A stretch of DNA of 64,000 nt from an uncultured delta proteobacterium (lineage in GTDB: Bacteria > Myxococcota_A > Polyangia > Polyangiales > Polyangiaceae), in NCBI GenBank assembly GCA_963850305.1, contig CAWKKR010000008.1, positions 1,312,001 to 1,376,000 of the forward strand, in the 5' to 3' direction. How positions within the stretch are numbered: the first letter of the stretch is position 1; each line of letters opens with the position of its first letter. The position numbers and the translations under genes are program-made. Shown here piece by piece: positions 18,937 through 27,968 of the stretch. The notes below the pieces were generated by a model. The model saw only the letters and a list, made by a program, of their open reading frames with translations, made no database searches and was not told the origin of the DNA.

Positions 18937-19707
18937 ATGGCGTTCCGATATGTCGGTGTCGAAGAGGCGATAGAGCTCGGTGGCCTCCGGATGGTGGTCG
19001 TCGGCGGAGTGCCGAGCCCCTGGGGCGAGGCCGCGAAGGGGTTTCTGCACATCAAGGGCATCGATTGGGCCGCGGTCCGTCTGGTTTACGATAGCGACGC
19101 ACTCAAAGAGTGGACCGGCAACCGCAGCGGTCCCGTCGCCGTTTACGACAAGGAGCGACCCCGTGCCGGCTGGGCCGAAATTCTTCTGCTCACCGAGCGC
19201 ATCGCGCCGACACAGTCAGTGCTTCCGAAGGACGCGGCCGATCGCGCCCTCGTCTTTGGCCTCGCCCACGAGCTGTGCGGCGAAGGCGGTCTCGCCTGGA
19301 CGCGCCGCATTCAGTTGATCCACGCCGGTCTCGCCGGCGCGGGCGGCTTTGCGTCGCCGGCCGCCCAATACCTCGGCAAAAAGTACGGCTACGGCCCCGA
19401 GGCAGGCGCGGCCTCGGGCGCGCGTGTCACCGAGCTCCTCGCCATGCTTGCGGCGCGGCTGAAGACCCAGCGCGACGCGGGGAGCCGCTACTACGTCGGA
19501 CGTTCGCTCACCGCGGCGGACGTCTATGGTGCAGCCGTCATGGCCATGTTCATGCCGCTTCCGCCGCACCAATGTGACATGGCGGCGGCCACGCGGGCGG
19601 CGTTCGAAACGCTCGACGCGCCCACACGCGCGGCGCTCGACCCGATCCTGCTCGCGCATCGCGACATGATGTACGCGGAGCACCTGGCCCTTCCCCTGTC
19701 GCTCTGA
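18937..19707 (+). CDS. Glutathione S-transferase-like protein
   Basis: N-terminal SPWGEAAKG motif, C-terminal YYVGRSLTAADVY; AGGAG RBS. Confidence 0.65.
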   Translation: MAFRYVGVEEAIELGGLRMVVVGGVPSPWGEAAKGFLHIKGIDWAAVRLVYDSDALKEWTGNRSGPVAVYDKERPRAGWAEILLLTERIAPTQSVLPKDAADRALVFGLAHELCGEGGLAWTRRIQLIHAGLAGAGGFASPAAQYLGKKYGYGPEAGAASGARVTELLAMLAARLKTQRDAGSRYYVGRSLTAADVYGAAVMAMFMPLPPHQCDMAAATRAAFETLDAPTRAALDPILLAHRDMMYAEHLALPLSL

Positions 19708-19785
19708 GCACGGCTGCGCCGAGGGTGACGGCGCGGAGACGGACCCGTGCGTGTCGCTCTATCTCGACGTCGTAGCCGCCCCCTC

Positions 19786-20949
19786 TCACGGGTTCAGATT
19801 GAACGTCGAGTTCGTCGGATCCTGGGTGAGGAACTGCTGGTAGCGCGAGTCGCCCATCTCGTGCACCTCGAGCCACGAGAGCCCTTGCCGTGCGACCACG
19901 ATGTCCGTCGCGGCGGTGCCTTGCGGCGTGCACGCGACGTAGTGGGAGCCGCCGGTGAACTCCGAGTACATCTTCGGCGTCGAGGTGGGGATGCTCGAGT
20001 ACTCACCCGTGGCCATGCCGCCCACTCCGACCGAAACGAGGATGTCCGCCGTGCCGTCGAACATCAAGCTCGGCACGACGTCGGCCGTGTACGGGTTGGC
20101 GGCAGTGTTCCACGGACACAGGCCGATGGCGGCCTTGAGCTCGTGGTGAGAGCTTCCGTTCGCGCTCGCGGCGATCAGCGTGCCGCCGCCGCCCATCGAG
20201 TGGCCCATGAGGGCCATCCGTGACACGTCGATCTTTCCCGCGAGCGGACTCCCCGACCGCGTATTTTCGGCGATGAAGTTTCCCTCGGCCTCCATCAATG
20301 CGTTCGCTCGATCCGGCGGCTGAGGAGTGAAGGTGTTCGCCGCCCCTGCCGTCGCGGTGTCGATGAGCATGACGACGAACCCGTACGAGCCGAGGAAGTT
20401 CGCCCACTGCGTGAGGGGGCACGTGGCCGACGTCTGCGTCTCGGTAAATCCGGGCGCGATCACGACGCCGGGCATCGGTGTGGGTGCACCGGTCGAGTAA
20501 TAGATGGTGGGGTTCACGTAGTCCGCGGCCGTCGGAATCCCGGTGTTGTACGAGGTCACGGTATACGGTCCCGGCTTCGACGCGGAATCCACCGTCGGCG
20601 CCGGGCCCGTTCCCGTGGACCCACCCGTCCCGTTCGAGGACCCGCCCGAAGCACCGGAGGCGCCTCCTACGCCGTCGGATCCGCCGAAGGGGTTCGAACC
20701 ACCGGCACTCGACTCACCGCCTGCGCCGAACGCTCCACCCGCGCTGTCGAATCCGCCCGCGCCTTGCGCGACGTCGAATCCGCCCGCGCCGAACGCTCCG
20801 CCCGCGCCGAACGCTCCGCCGAGACTGCCGGAAGCACCGCTCCCCTGGTCGCCTCCACCGCCCTGGGATGTGCCGGTCGAAGAATTGGAGCCACCACAAC
20901 CCGCAATGAGCAGCGCAATCGCGCCCTGTCCGAAAAAGCCAAGTCTCAT
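19786..20949 (-). CDS. Lipoprotein with Gly-rich linker and cutinase/PETase-like alpha/beta hydrolase domain
   Basis: Lipobox LIAGC; GPY, IYY, APGF, SYGFVV, GHSMGGGGTL, LKAAIGLCPWN, GTAD, GGSH, GDSRYQQFL. Confidence 0.9.
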   Translation of the reverse strand: MRLGFFGQGAIALLIAGCGGSNSSTGTSQGGGGDQGSGASGSLGGAFGAGGAFGAGGFDVAQGAGGFDSAGGAFGAGGESSAGGSNPFGGSDGVGGASGASGGSSNGTGGSTGTGPAPTVDSASKPGPYTVTSYNTGIPTAADYVNPTIYYSTGAPTPMPGVVIAPGFTETQTSATCPLTQWANFLGSYGFVVMLIDTATAGAANTFTPQPPDRANALMEAEGNFIAENTRSGSPLAGKIDVSRMALMGHSMGGGGTLIAASANGSSHHELKAAIGLCPWNTAANPYTADVVPSLMFDGTADILVSVGVGGMATGEYSSIPTSTPKMYSEFTGGSHYVACTPQGTAATDIVVARQGLSWLEVHEMGDSRYQQFLTQDPTNSTFNLNP

Positions 20950-21123
20950 GATTCTGACCTCCGGCGTCCGTCTCTGCTCACCCTAGTCGTTCGCGCCGGT
21001 CTGCCAATGGTGTTCGTGGCCTCGCGTAGCGAGATTTCCCCCGTCAACTGCCGTGCCCGCGGAAGAGTGCGGCGCCGCTGGAGAACGAGGACCGTTTGCA
21101 GCCGGCGAGCCGTGCTGCGCCGC

Positions 21124-22875
21124 TCAGTGCACGCGTCGCGCCGTGATCGGAATCGTGAACGACACTTGCTCCGACTGCGGACCGAACGGCGTGTTCCGCG
21201 CGACGCCGAGCAGGCATTGTCCGAGCGGCGTGCCGTTCAGCGCGGCGGGGTTCAGATCCGCGGCTTCCACTTTTCCCGAGGGCGCGACGCGGAAGTGGAC
21301 GGAGACTTCGGGACGACCGTCGACTTCCTTCACGTGTTGCAAGAAACACGACTCGATCTGTCCACGCTGTCGCTGCACGGCGCGCGAGAGCGCCGCAGGA
21401 TCGGGCTTGGACGTCGTGGTCGAGGGAGCGGTAATGGACGTCGCGGAACGTGGAGCGCGTCCCGACGGTGCAGGCGCCGCACTGGTCGCGGGTTCCGCCG
21501 GGGGGACGGGCAACGTCGCCGCCGATGGTGCAAGCGCTGGAGCCTCGGCCGCGGGAGGTGGCTCCGGTGCGGCGCTCGAGTCGTCGCGCGCCTCTTTCTC
21601 CACCACGACGAACCGCGATGCGCCCGCGTCGGATTTCTTCGCGGTCCAGGCGTAGCCCGCGGCGGCGACGGCCAGCACGGCTGCGCCCGCTGCGATCCAA
21701 GCGGGCGCGGCCGAAGCCTTCGCGACGCGCCCTTCGACCCGCGTGGGACGATCGGCCCCCTCGTCGGTCGGTGGCGGTTCGAAGAGCGTCTGCGTCGGCG
21801 CGTCCATGTCGTGCTGGGGCGGAGGAGTCGAGCGCAGCGTCACACGCTCCCCCGTCGTCTCGCTCTGCGCGGCGCGCCACGCCGCGTCCCGGTGCTGGAG
21901 CGGCTCGAGTCCGAGCTTCTCGGGCATGTCGCCGTTGAAGTCGTTCCAGACCTCGTCTGCGAGGTCCGTGACGAAGTCCTCCTCGCGCCGCGGCCGGACG
22001 GCCCTCAGCGCGTCCGCGAAGGCCGACGCGGTCGGGTAGCGATCGTCCGGGCTTTTCGCCAGCGCTCTTTCGAGTGCGGCGTCGAGCTCCGGGGTCACGT
22101 CGTCACGGCGCTCGCGCACCGACGGCAGCTTTTCCGTCAGCACGCGCCGGACGATCTCCGGCATGTTCTTGCCGCGAAACGGATTCTCTCCGGCGAGGAG
22201 CTGATAGAGCACGACGCCCGCGCTGTACACGTCGCTCTTCGGGCTCGACGAGGACCCGTCGAACACTTCCGGCGGGGCGTACGTGAGCTTGCCTTTGAAC
22301 ATGCCGTCGCGCGTCTTGTATTCGTCGGTCTGATCCGCCCGCGCGATCCCGAAATCCAGGAGCTTCACGTGCGCCTGCGTATCGAGAAGGATGTTCCCGG
22401 GCGACACGTCGCGGTGCACGATCTGCATCGGCGTGCCATCGCTCCGCACGAACGTGTGGGCATAGTGGAGCGCGTCGAGCACCCGCGTGAGGATGTAGAT
22501 GGCGTAGTCGACCGGCAGCTGCTTCCGGGTGTCGACCACGTAGCGGTGCCACTGCCCTAGGTTGTAACCGTGCACGTACTCGAGGACCATGACGTACGCG
22601 CCGTCTTCTTCGTCGAAGTCGATGACGTTCACGATTCCCGGGTGCTGGAGGTTCGCGAGGATACGCGCCTCCCGGACGAACGAGCGCGCCGCGGCTTCGT
22701 CCTCGGCGAGGTCGGGGATGATGCGCTTGACGATGACGGGCCGCGTGAACCCCTGCGCGCCCTCGGTCCGCGCGAGATACACGACGCCCATGCCGCCCCG
22801 CGCGAGCTGCTCGACGATCCGGTAGCGCCCGAGGACGAGCGTCCCGGACATCTCCTCCCGTCGCGTTGCCGTCAT
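21124..22875 (-). CDS. Membrane Ser/Thr kinase with periplasmic AgmX/TonB-C-like domain
   Basis: GGMGVVY, HRDVSPGN, DFG, GKLTYAPPE; TM segment WIAAGAAVLAVAAAGYAW; C-terminal IESCF...VHFRVAPSGKV...LGQCLL...FTIP. Confidence 0.92.
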   Translation of the reverse strand: MTATRREEMSGTLVLGRYRIVEQLARGGMGVVYLARTEGAQGFTRPVIVKRIIPDLAEDEAAARSFVREARILANLQHPGIVNVIDFDEEDGAYVMVLEYVHGYNLGQWHRYVVDTRKQLPVDYAIYILTRVLDALHYAHTFVRSDGTPMQIVHRDVSPGNILLDTQAHVKLLDFGIARADQTDEYKTRDGMFKGKLTYAPPEVFDGSSSSPKSDVYSAGVVLYQLLAGENPFRGKNMPEIVRRVLTEKLPSVRERRDDVTPELDAALERALAKSPDDRYPTASAFADALRAVRPRREEDFVTDLADEVWNDFNGDMPEKLGLEPLQHRDAAWRAAQSETTGERVTLRSTPPPQHDMDAPTQTLFEPPPTDEGADRPTRVEGRVAKASAAPAWIAAGAAVLAVAAAGYAWTAKKSDAGASRFVVVEKEARDDSSAAPEPPPAAEAPALAPSAATLPVPPAEPATSAAPAPSGRAPRSATSITAPSTTTSKPDPAALSRAVQRQRGQIESCFLQHVKEVDGRPEVSVHFRVAPSGKVEAADLNPAALNGTPLGQCLLGVARNTPFGPQSEQVSFTIPITARRVH

Positions 22876-22878
22876 TCG

Positions 22879-24831
22879 TCAGTGCCCGGAGCCACGGCGC
22901 AGATAGTAGTGCGTGCCGCGGCTCGGGTGGACGAACTCGATCGCGAGCGCCCGTTGCCCCGCGGGAGCGACCGCTTCACCCGAGAATCTGCCCTGATCGT
23001 CCAGAGGCAGGGCCGTGCCTCCGACGGAGATCCGCCAGCCCTCGAGGGCGACTCCGGACACCGTGACGCCCTGTCCGGGCCCGAAGCTGCCGTCGGCCGG
23101 GGAGGTGAGCGTCGCCGCGGGAGCCGCATTGTCGAACTTGATGTCCACATGGGTCTCCTTGGACTTCGCGCTGCCGCCCGCGAAGGAAACACGGTAGACG
23201 CCGTCGCGCCACGCGCCCGAGGAGAAAGAGTACGTCGGCGAAGACGAGCCATACGTCGCGGTCTTCCCTCCGGGCGACACGACCGTCAGCGTGTAGCCGC
23301 CCCCGGCAGGGGCGTTCGGCCAGCGGACGGATATCTTCGGCAGGATGTTCTGGTAGAGCACCGTGTAGTTGCGCCCGTCCGCGTCCACCAAGGTGGACGG
23401 AGCCGTTCGGGGAATGCGGGCGGTGCCGCCATCGTGGAGAACGCCGACCATGCCGGACGCTGCCGTCTCCGGCTGAATGCCGTTCGCGCCGACGCAGTGC
23501 ACGGCGTACCTGTGAGCGCCCGCCGGCACGAGCACCGTGACGACGCCCGTTCCGCGCGAGCGACTCCCGGGCTGCCCGACCAGCTCGGCGACGGCGCCCT
23601 CCGGACAGAGCGATGCGGTATTGAATCCGATCGCCGTCGGTGGGTGAGGGTCATGCACGGCGAACGATTGGCCCGCGAGCACGACGAAGTCCGTGTAGCC
23701 CGGGCCGCGACCGCCGACCTCGGCGCTCCCTTTCGCGCCGAGCGTGCCTTCCTCGCCCGCGTCGAGCTCCTCGTCGCCGCTCGCCGTCTTGAGGTCGACG
23801 GTGCCGCTCGCGACGCTGACGTGCGTCGCGTCTTTCTTCACGGTGACGTCGCCGCGCGCGCCGAGCCTGGCCACGATCGAGCCGCCCGGCACCGCGACCT
23901 CGAGCTCCGTGTCGGCGCCCGTGAGCGAGACGCCGCCGCCCGCCGTCACGATGAACGGCTGGTTCGCTTCCGCGACGACGAAATCTCCCGCGCCGCGAAG
24001 GGTCGCGCGCTCCCCGCCGAGCGCGACGTCGGCGCTCGTGCCGCGGGCGAGTCGCAGCGTGCTCCCGCTCGCGATCGTGGCGTTGCCCGCGGCGAGCCTC
24101 GAAAATGTCGTGGCCCCGGGCGCGCGAATGCTCGCCCCGCCGCCGACGACGTGGGCCGTCACATCGCCCGTGGGCTTCGCTTCCGCGACGGGCTCGGCCG
24201 AAGGAGCAGGCGCGGCGCTCGGCGGTGGCGCAGCGGAGCCCTCCGGTTTGACGTCGTACCGCTCGATGCTCGCGTTGCCGATGCCGACCTCGATGCCTTG
24301 CCCGGCGCCGACTTCCACCGTCTGGCCGCCGCTCTCGAAACGAGCCATCCCGACGGAGACCTCGTAGCGCGTTCCGCGGTCGCCCTTCACGAGCGAGAGC
24401 TTCGTGCCGGGCGCGATCGTCGCGGCCCCGATGTCCGTGTCGAGCGTCACGGCGTCCTTGCCGGTCTCGAGGCTCGCGGCGCCCATCTGCAAGTCGAACC
24501 GCTCGGCCTTCGACTTGGACGGTTTGTCGAGGAAGCGAATGACGGTCGAGGACGCGAGCCGGAGCTCGCTGTCGTCGTCGAGCTTCAGCGCCGCGTGCGA
24601 CGCCCTGTCCGTGCGCACGCCGTCCCCGACGAAGAAGCGATCGCGGAGTGCGGCAGGTTGCCACGCGCCGACATGCTTGCCGAAGTCGCGGTCCACCGTG
24701 CCGCCGGACTCCTCGAGAACTGCGACGGCAGCGGGTTTGCGGCGCATCAAATACGCACCAACAAAAACGAACACGAGGACGAGCGCGGCAACGCCGACCC
24801 TTCGAGCGAGGGGGGGGTTCGGCGAGGTCAC
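22879..24831 (-). CDS. Membrane-anchored protein with tandem FecR-like domains and C-terminal Ig-like domains
   Basis: N-terminal TM; GDGVRTDRASHAALKLDDDSELRL; second copy THVSVASGTVDL...LDAGE; beta-rich C-terminus. Confidence 0.75.
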   Translation of the reverse strand: MTSPNPPLARRVGVAALVLVFVFVGAYLMRRKPAAVAVLEESGGTVDRDFGKHVGAWQPAALRDRFFVGDGVRTDRASHAALKLDDDSELRLASSTVIRFLDKPSKSKAERFDLQMGAASLETGKDAVTLDTDIGAATIAPGTKLSLVKGDRGTRYEVSVGMARFESGGQTVEVGAGQGIEVGIGNASIERYDVKPEGSAAPPPSAAPAPSAEPVAEAKPTGDVTAHVVGGGASIRAPGATTFSRLAAGNATIASGSTLRLARGTSADVALGGERATLRGAGDFVVAEANQPFIVTAGGGVSLTGADTELEVAVPGGSIVARLGARGDVTVKKDATHVSVASGTVDLKTASGDEELDAGEEGTLGAKGSAEVGGRGPGYTDFVVLAGQSFAVHDPHPPTAIGFNTASLCPEGAVAELVGQPGSRSRGTGVVTVLVPAGAHRYAVHCVGANGIQPETAASGMVGVLHDGGTARIPRTAPSTLVDADGRNYTVLYQNILPKISVRWPNAPAGGGYTLTVVSPGGKTATYGSSSPTYSFSSGAWRDGVYRVSFAGGSAKSKETHVDIKFDNAAPAATLTSPADGSFGPGQGVTVSGVALEGWRISVGGTALPLDDQGRFSGEAVAPAGQRALAIEFVHPSRGTHYYLRRGSGH

Positions 24832-26342
24832 TTCCCCTCGAAGAGCTCCGCGTTCAGCACGGTCACGCCGTTCTGGTCGACGTGGATCTTGCTCTTTTGC
24901 ACCCTGAAGTGCGGCGCCTGGATCACGACCTCGTAGTCGCCGGGCGGCACGTCGATCGTGAAGGAGCCCTGCGCGTCGGCCTTCGCCTCCTTGCCGAGCG
25001 GTTCGACGCGAATGGAGGCAGGAATGCCCTTACCGCCGAACGTCCGCACGAGTCCGCGGAGCTGACCCGAGACCGGCGCGGCCTCGAGCTTCACGTCGAC
25101 CGGCGCGGTCGTCTGCGCGCTCACGACGAGGGGTTGCTCGACGGCGACGAAGCCGTCCGCGGCAACCGAGATTGTCGCGTCGCCGAAGAGCACGTCCGCG
25201 GCGCGATAGGTGCCGTCGTTTGCGCTCGTCGCCGCGATCACGGCCGCGCCCGCCTTCACGCTGACGGTCGCGTTCGCGATGGCCGCGCCGTCTTCGCCCA
25301 CGACGTGAATCACGACGGAGGCGGACTTGGGTGCGACGGGCGCGGCGACCACGACGGGCGCGGGCGCGACGGGTTTCGCGGGCGCGGGCTCCGCGGGGCG
25401 ATCGAACGGCAACGTGTAGCGGATACCGCCGATCACGCTCAGGCGCGGCTCGATGGGGCTGAGCGGATCGGTTGGACCCACGGGCGGCCGCGCGCTCAAC
25501 GACGCTTCAGCGAGCAGCTCGAGAGCGAACGCGTCGTTGAGGTGATGGCGCACGCCGAGATCCGCACGCAGCGGCGAGTCCGTGATCTTCGGGGCACCCG
25601 ACCCGACGAGTAGGTCGCCCGATAGCTCGCCGAGGAGCTCGGTTTTCTGGATGGGAACCGAGATGCCGGCACCGACGAGGACCGCGTCGAAGTCCGAGAG
25701 CCCGAGCACCAACCGGTCACCGAATCTCAGGAGCTCCGGGTGCGAAATCGCCTTGGCGCTGTTGTCGAGCCGGAATCCAGCCAGGATGCCGATGGTCGGT
25801 CCGGATCTGGGGACGTACGAGCCGAGCAGGCGGGCGTCGAGCGTCGTCGCATCGAAGGCGATGGACGGAGCGGTTTGCCCCGGAAGCCAGAGGCCGAGCT
25901 CGCCGCCGACGCGGAAGTCGCCGAACGTGGTCCCGGCGCGCGCGAGGAACCGCGGGTCCCCCACCTCGCCGCTGTGCGCGCCCATTCCGTCGTCGGGGTG
26001 ATGGTCGTACCTGCCGTCGAAGCGCAACGCGAACGCAAGCTGCGGCAATGGTGCGATGGCGGCGGATGCAGTGCCCATGACCCGCTGGTGTGAGCCGTCG
26101 CTCGACGACTGTGGTTCGAGATAGCCGTAGCCCGCCGAGCCTGCCGCGGAGAACCGTCGCTCCGTGGTCGGGATCCCCACGCGGACGATGCCGGGAAGCG
26201 CCCAGTCCGTGTCACCGGCGCCGACGGAGTCTTCCGCGCGCGCCTTGGTCGCCAGGCACACGAGAGCCCCCGCAACGAACCCCGTCCTGCCTGCGACCCG
26301 GAGTGGCACTTTTCCGATGGTAGCAGAGCCAAAGTCGACCAA
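24828..26342 (-). CDS. Probable outer-membrane protein with two C-terminal carboxypeptidase-regulatory-like domains
   Basis: Signal ending ARA; amphipathic beta strands; Pro linker; GAAIANATV...DGTY and ADAQGSFTIDVPPGDYEVVIQAP. Confidence 0.7.
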   Translation of the reverse strand: MVDFGSATIGKVPLRVAGRTGFVAGALVCLATKARAEDSVGAGDTDWALPGIVRVGIPTTERRFSAAGSAGYGYLEPQSSSDGSHQRVMGTASAAIAPLPQLAFALRFDGRYDHHPDDGMGAHSGEVGDPRFLARAGTTFGDFRVGGELGLWLPGQTAPSIAFDATTLDARLLGSYVPRSGPTIGILAGFRLDNSAKAISHPELLRFGDRLVLGLSDFDAVLVGAGISVPIQKTELLGELSGDLLVGSGAPKITDSPLRADLGVRHHLNDAFALELLAEASLSARPPVGPTDPLSPIEPRLSVIGGIRYTLPFDRPAEPAPAKPVAPAPVVVAAPVAPKSASVVIHVVGEDGAAIANATVSVKAGAAVIAATSANDGTYRAADVLFGDATISVAADGFVAVEQPLVVSAQTTAPVDVKLEAAPVSGQLRGLVRTFGGKGIPASIRVEPLGKEAKADAQGSFTIDVPPGDYEVVIQAPHFRVQKSKIHVDQNGVTVLNAELFEGK

Positions 26343-26413
26343 GCGTGGCCTAATTCTCCTGTTTTGGCGCCGTTATCACACACCGCGGGAGCGCCCATGG
26401 GCCCTCGTGCCTG

Positions 26414-26932
26414 CTATTCGGCGCGGACCCTGCGGCGTTCCTGGATCATGCGCTGAGTGATGGCGCGCTGGGCTTCCGCGGGTTCGACGAGGGTCCAGAC
26501 GTCGTGTTCGCGCCGCGTGCCGGCCAGTTCGAGCAGCAAATCAGCGGCCCGATCGGGCAGGATGGCACCGAAGTGGCGGCCCGGGAGCTCCACCACGGCG
26601 GAGCGTGCGCGCAAGCCTTCGAGCGTCGCGAGGATGCGTTCGATGGCTTCCCGAAACGCTTGCTCGCTGAAGGCGGCCTGGGGCCCAATTCCGAGGAGGA
26701 TGACCTTGTCGAAAGGGAGCTTCGGTTTGCCCGGGACGAGCAACACTTCGCCCCGCGTTCCCCTCGCGAATCCACTCTCGATCAGGCGCGACACGCGACC
26801 CGACAGGCGATAGTCCACGAGCCCCGCGACGCCGTGCGGCGGCCGCTCGCCCTCCGCGAGCGCAGCGACCAGGACCTCGGTGCCGGACAGGTCGAGCCGG
26901 CGAAGGTTCGGAGTCGTGAACCTCAGATCCAC
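26414..26932 (-). CDS. Stand-alone M17 peptidase N-terminal (macro-like) domain protein
   Basis: ERPPHGVAGLVDYRLSGRVSRLI, GEVLLVP, KVILLGIG; no catalytic domain. Confidence 0.8.
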   Translation of the reverse strand: MDLRFTTPNLRRLDLSGTEVLVAALAEGERPPHGVAGLVDYRLSGRVSRLIESGFARGTRGEVLLVPGKPKLPFDKVILLGIGPQAAFSEQAFREAIERILATLEGLRARSAVVELPGRHFGAILPDRAADLLLELAGTRREHDVWTLVEPAEAQRAITQRMIQERRRVRAE

Positions 26933-26935
26933 GGC

Positions 26936-27373
26936 TCACCCGGCTCCGGTTTTTTCCGCCGCACGTGCCTCGCCGCAGTCGTCGGCGACCTTGCCGAGCA
27001 CGCCGTTGACGAACGCGCCGCTATCCTCGGTGCCGAAGCGCTTCGCGAGCTCGACGGCCTCATCGAGGATCACCGCTCGTGGCGTCTCCGATTGATGGAG
27101 GAGCTCCCAGGTCGCCAGCCGGAGCACGTTGCGATCGACGCGGGTCATCCGGGAAAGCTTCCAGTGCTGGCTCGCTCGCGAAACGCGCTCGTCGAGGGCG
27201 TCGCGTTCCGCGATGACTCCGGTCACGAGGTCTTCGGAGTACGGACGCCCTTCGACGTCGCTCGGGAACTCGCGCCAGTAGTCGTGGGTCACCTGCGCGC
27301 CCGATGCCCCGGTCGCCTCGACGGCGAACAGCATCTGCAGCGCTGCTTCTCGGCCGCTCGTCCTTGCGCCCAC
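26936..27373 (-). CDS. nusB: Transcription antitermination factor NusB
   Basis: REAALQML, WKLSRMTRVDRNVLRLA, EAVELAKRFG, FVNGVL. Confidence 0.96.
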   Translation of the reverse strand: MGARTSGREAALQMLFAVEATGASGAQVTHDYWREFPSDVEGRPYSEDLVTGVIAERDALDERVSRASQHWKLSRMTRVDRNVLRLATWELLHQSETPRAVILDEAVELAKRFGTEDSGAFVNGVLGKVADDCGEARAAEKTGAG

Positions 27374-27379
27374 GACGAC

Positions 27380-27886
27380 TCAGAGTCCCACTCTGGAGAG
27401 TTCCGCGCCGAGCGATACCATCTCGATCGCCGTCATCGCGGCGTCGACGCCCTTGTTGCCGGCCTTGGTTCCCGCGCGCTCCACGGCTTGCTCGATGGTG
27501 TCCGTCGTGAGCACGCCGAAGGCGACGACGGTCCCCGTCGCCATCGCGGTCTGCGCGACGCCCTTGGACACTTCTCCCGCCACGTAGTCGAAATGCGGCG
27601 TGCCGCCGCGAATCACCGCGCCAAGAGCGATGATGGCGTCGAATTTCTTCGTCCGCGCGAGCCGCTCGCACACGAACGGGATCTCCCACGCGCCCGGGAC
27701 GCGGACGACCGTGAGGTGCCGGGGATCGGCGCCGTGGCGCAGCAGCGCGTCGCGCGCGCCGGCCAGGAGTTCCTTGACGATGAACTCGTTGAACCGCGAC
27801 GCGACGATCGCGAAACGAGCGTCCCTGGGGACCGCGAACCCGCCTTCGACGAGCTCCGGTAACGACTCCGACTTCCGGGTGGCCAT
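27380..27886 (-). CDS. ribH: 6,7-dimethyl-8-ribityllumazine synthase
   Basis: [46 protein letters not shown]. Confidence 0.97.
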   Translation of the reverse strand: MATRKSESLPELVEGGFAVPRDARFAIVASRFNEFIVKELLAGARDALLRHGADPRHLTVVRVPGAWEIPFVCERLARTKKFDAIIALGAVIRGGTPHFDYVAGEVSKGVAQTAMATGTVVAFGVLTTDTIEQAVERAGTKAGNKGVDAAMTAIEMVSLGAELSRVGL

Positions 27887-27968
27887 GGCGCGCCCAGGTT
27901 ATCACCTCGAAGCGCTCGCGCGCCGGTTCCTCGGCCCCAAAACCGGCTCGCGGGGCGTACGGAGAGGG

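Noticed and set aside
22570..24936. 788-aa plus-strand ORF and similar long antisense ORFs (20764-22560, 51936-53513, 1468-2952)
   Set aside because: Shadow ORFs of real genes in high-GC DNA, with no recognisable motifs.
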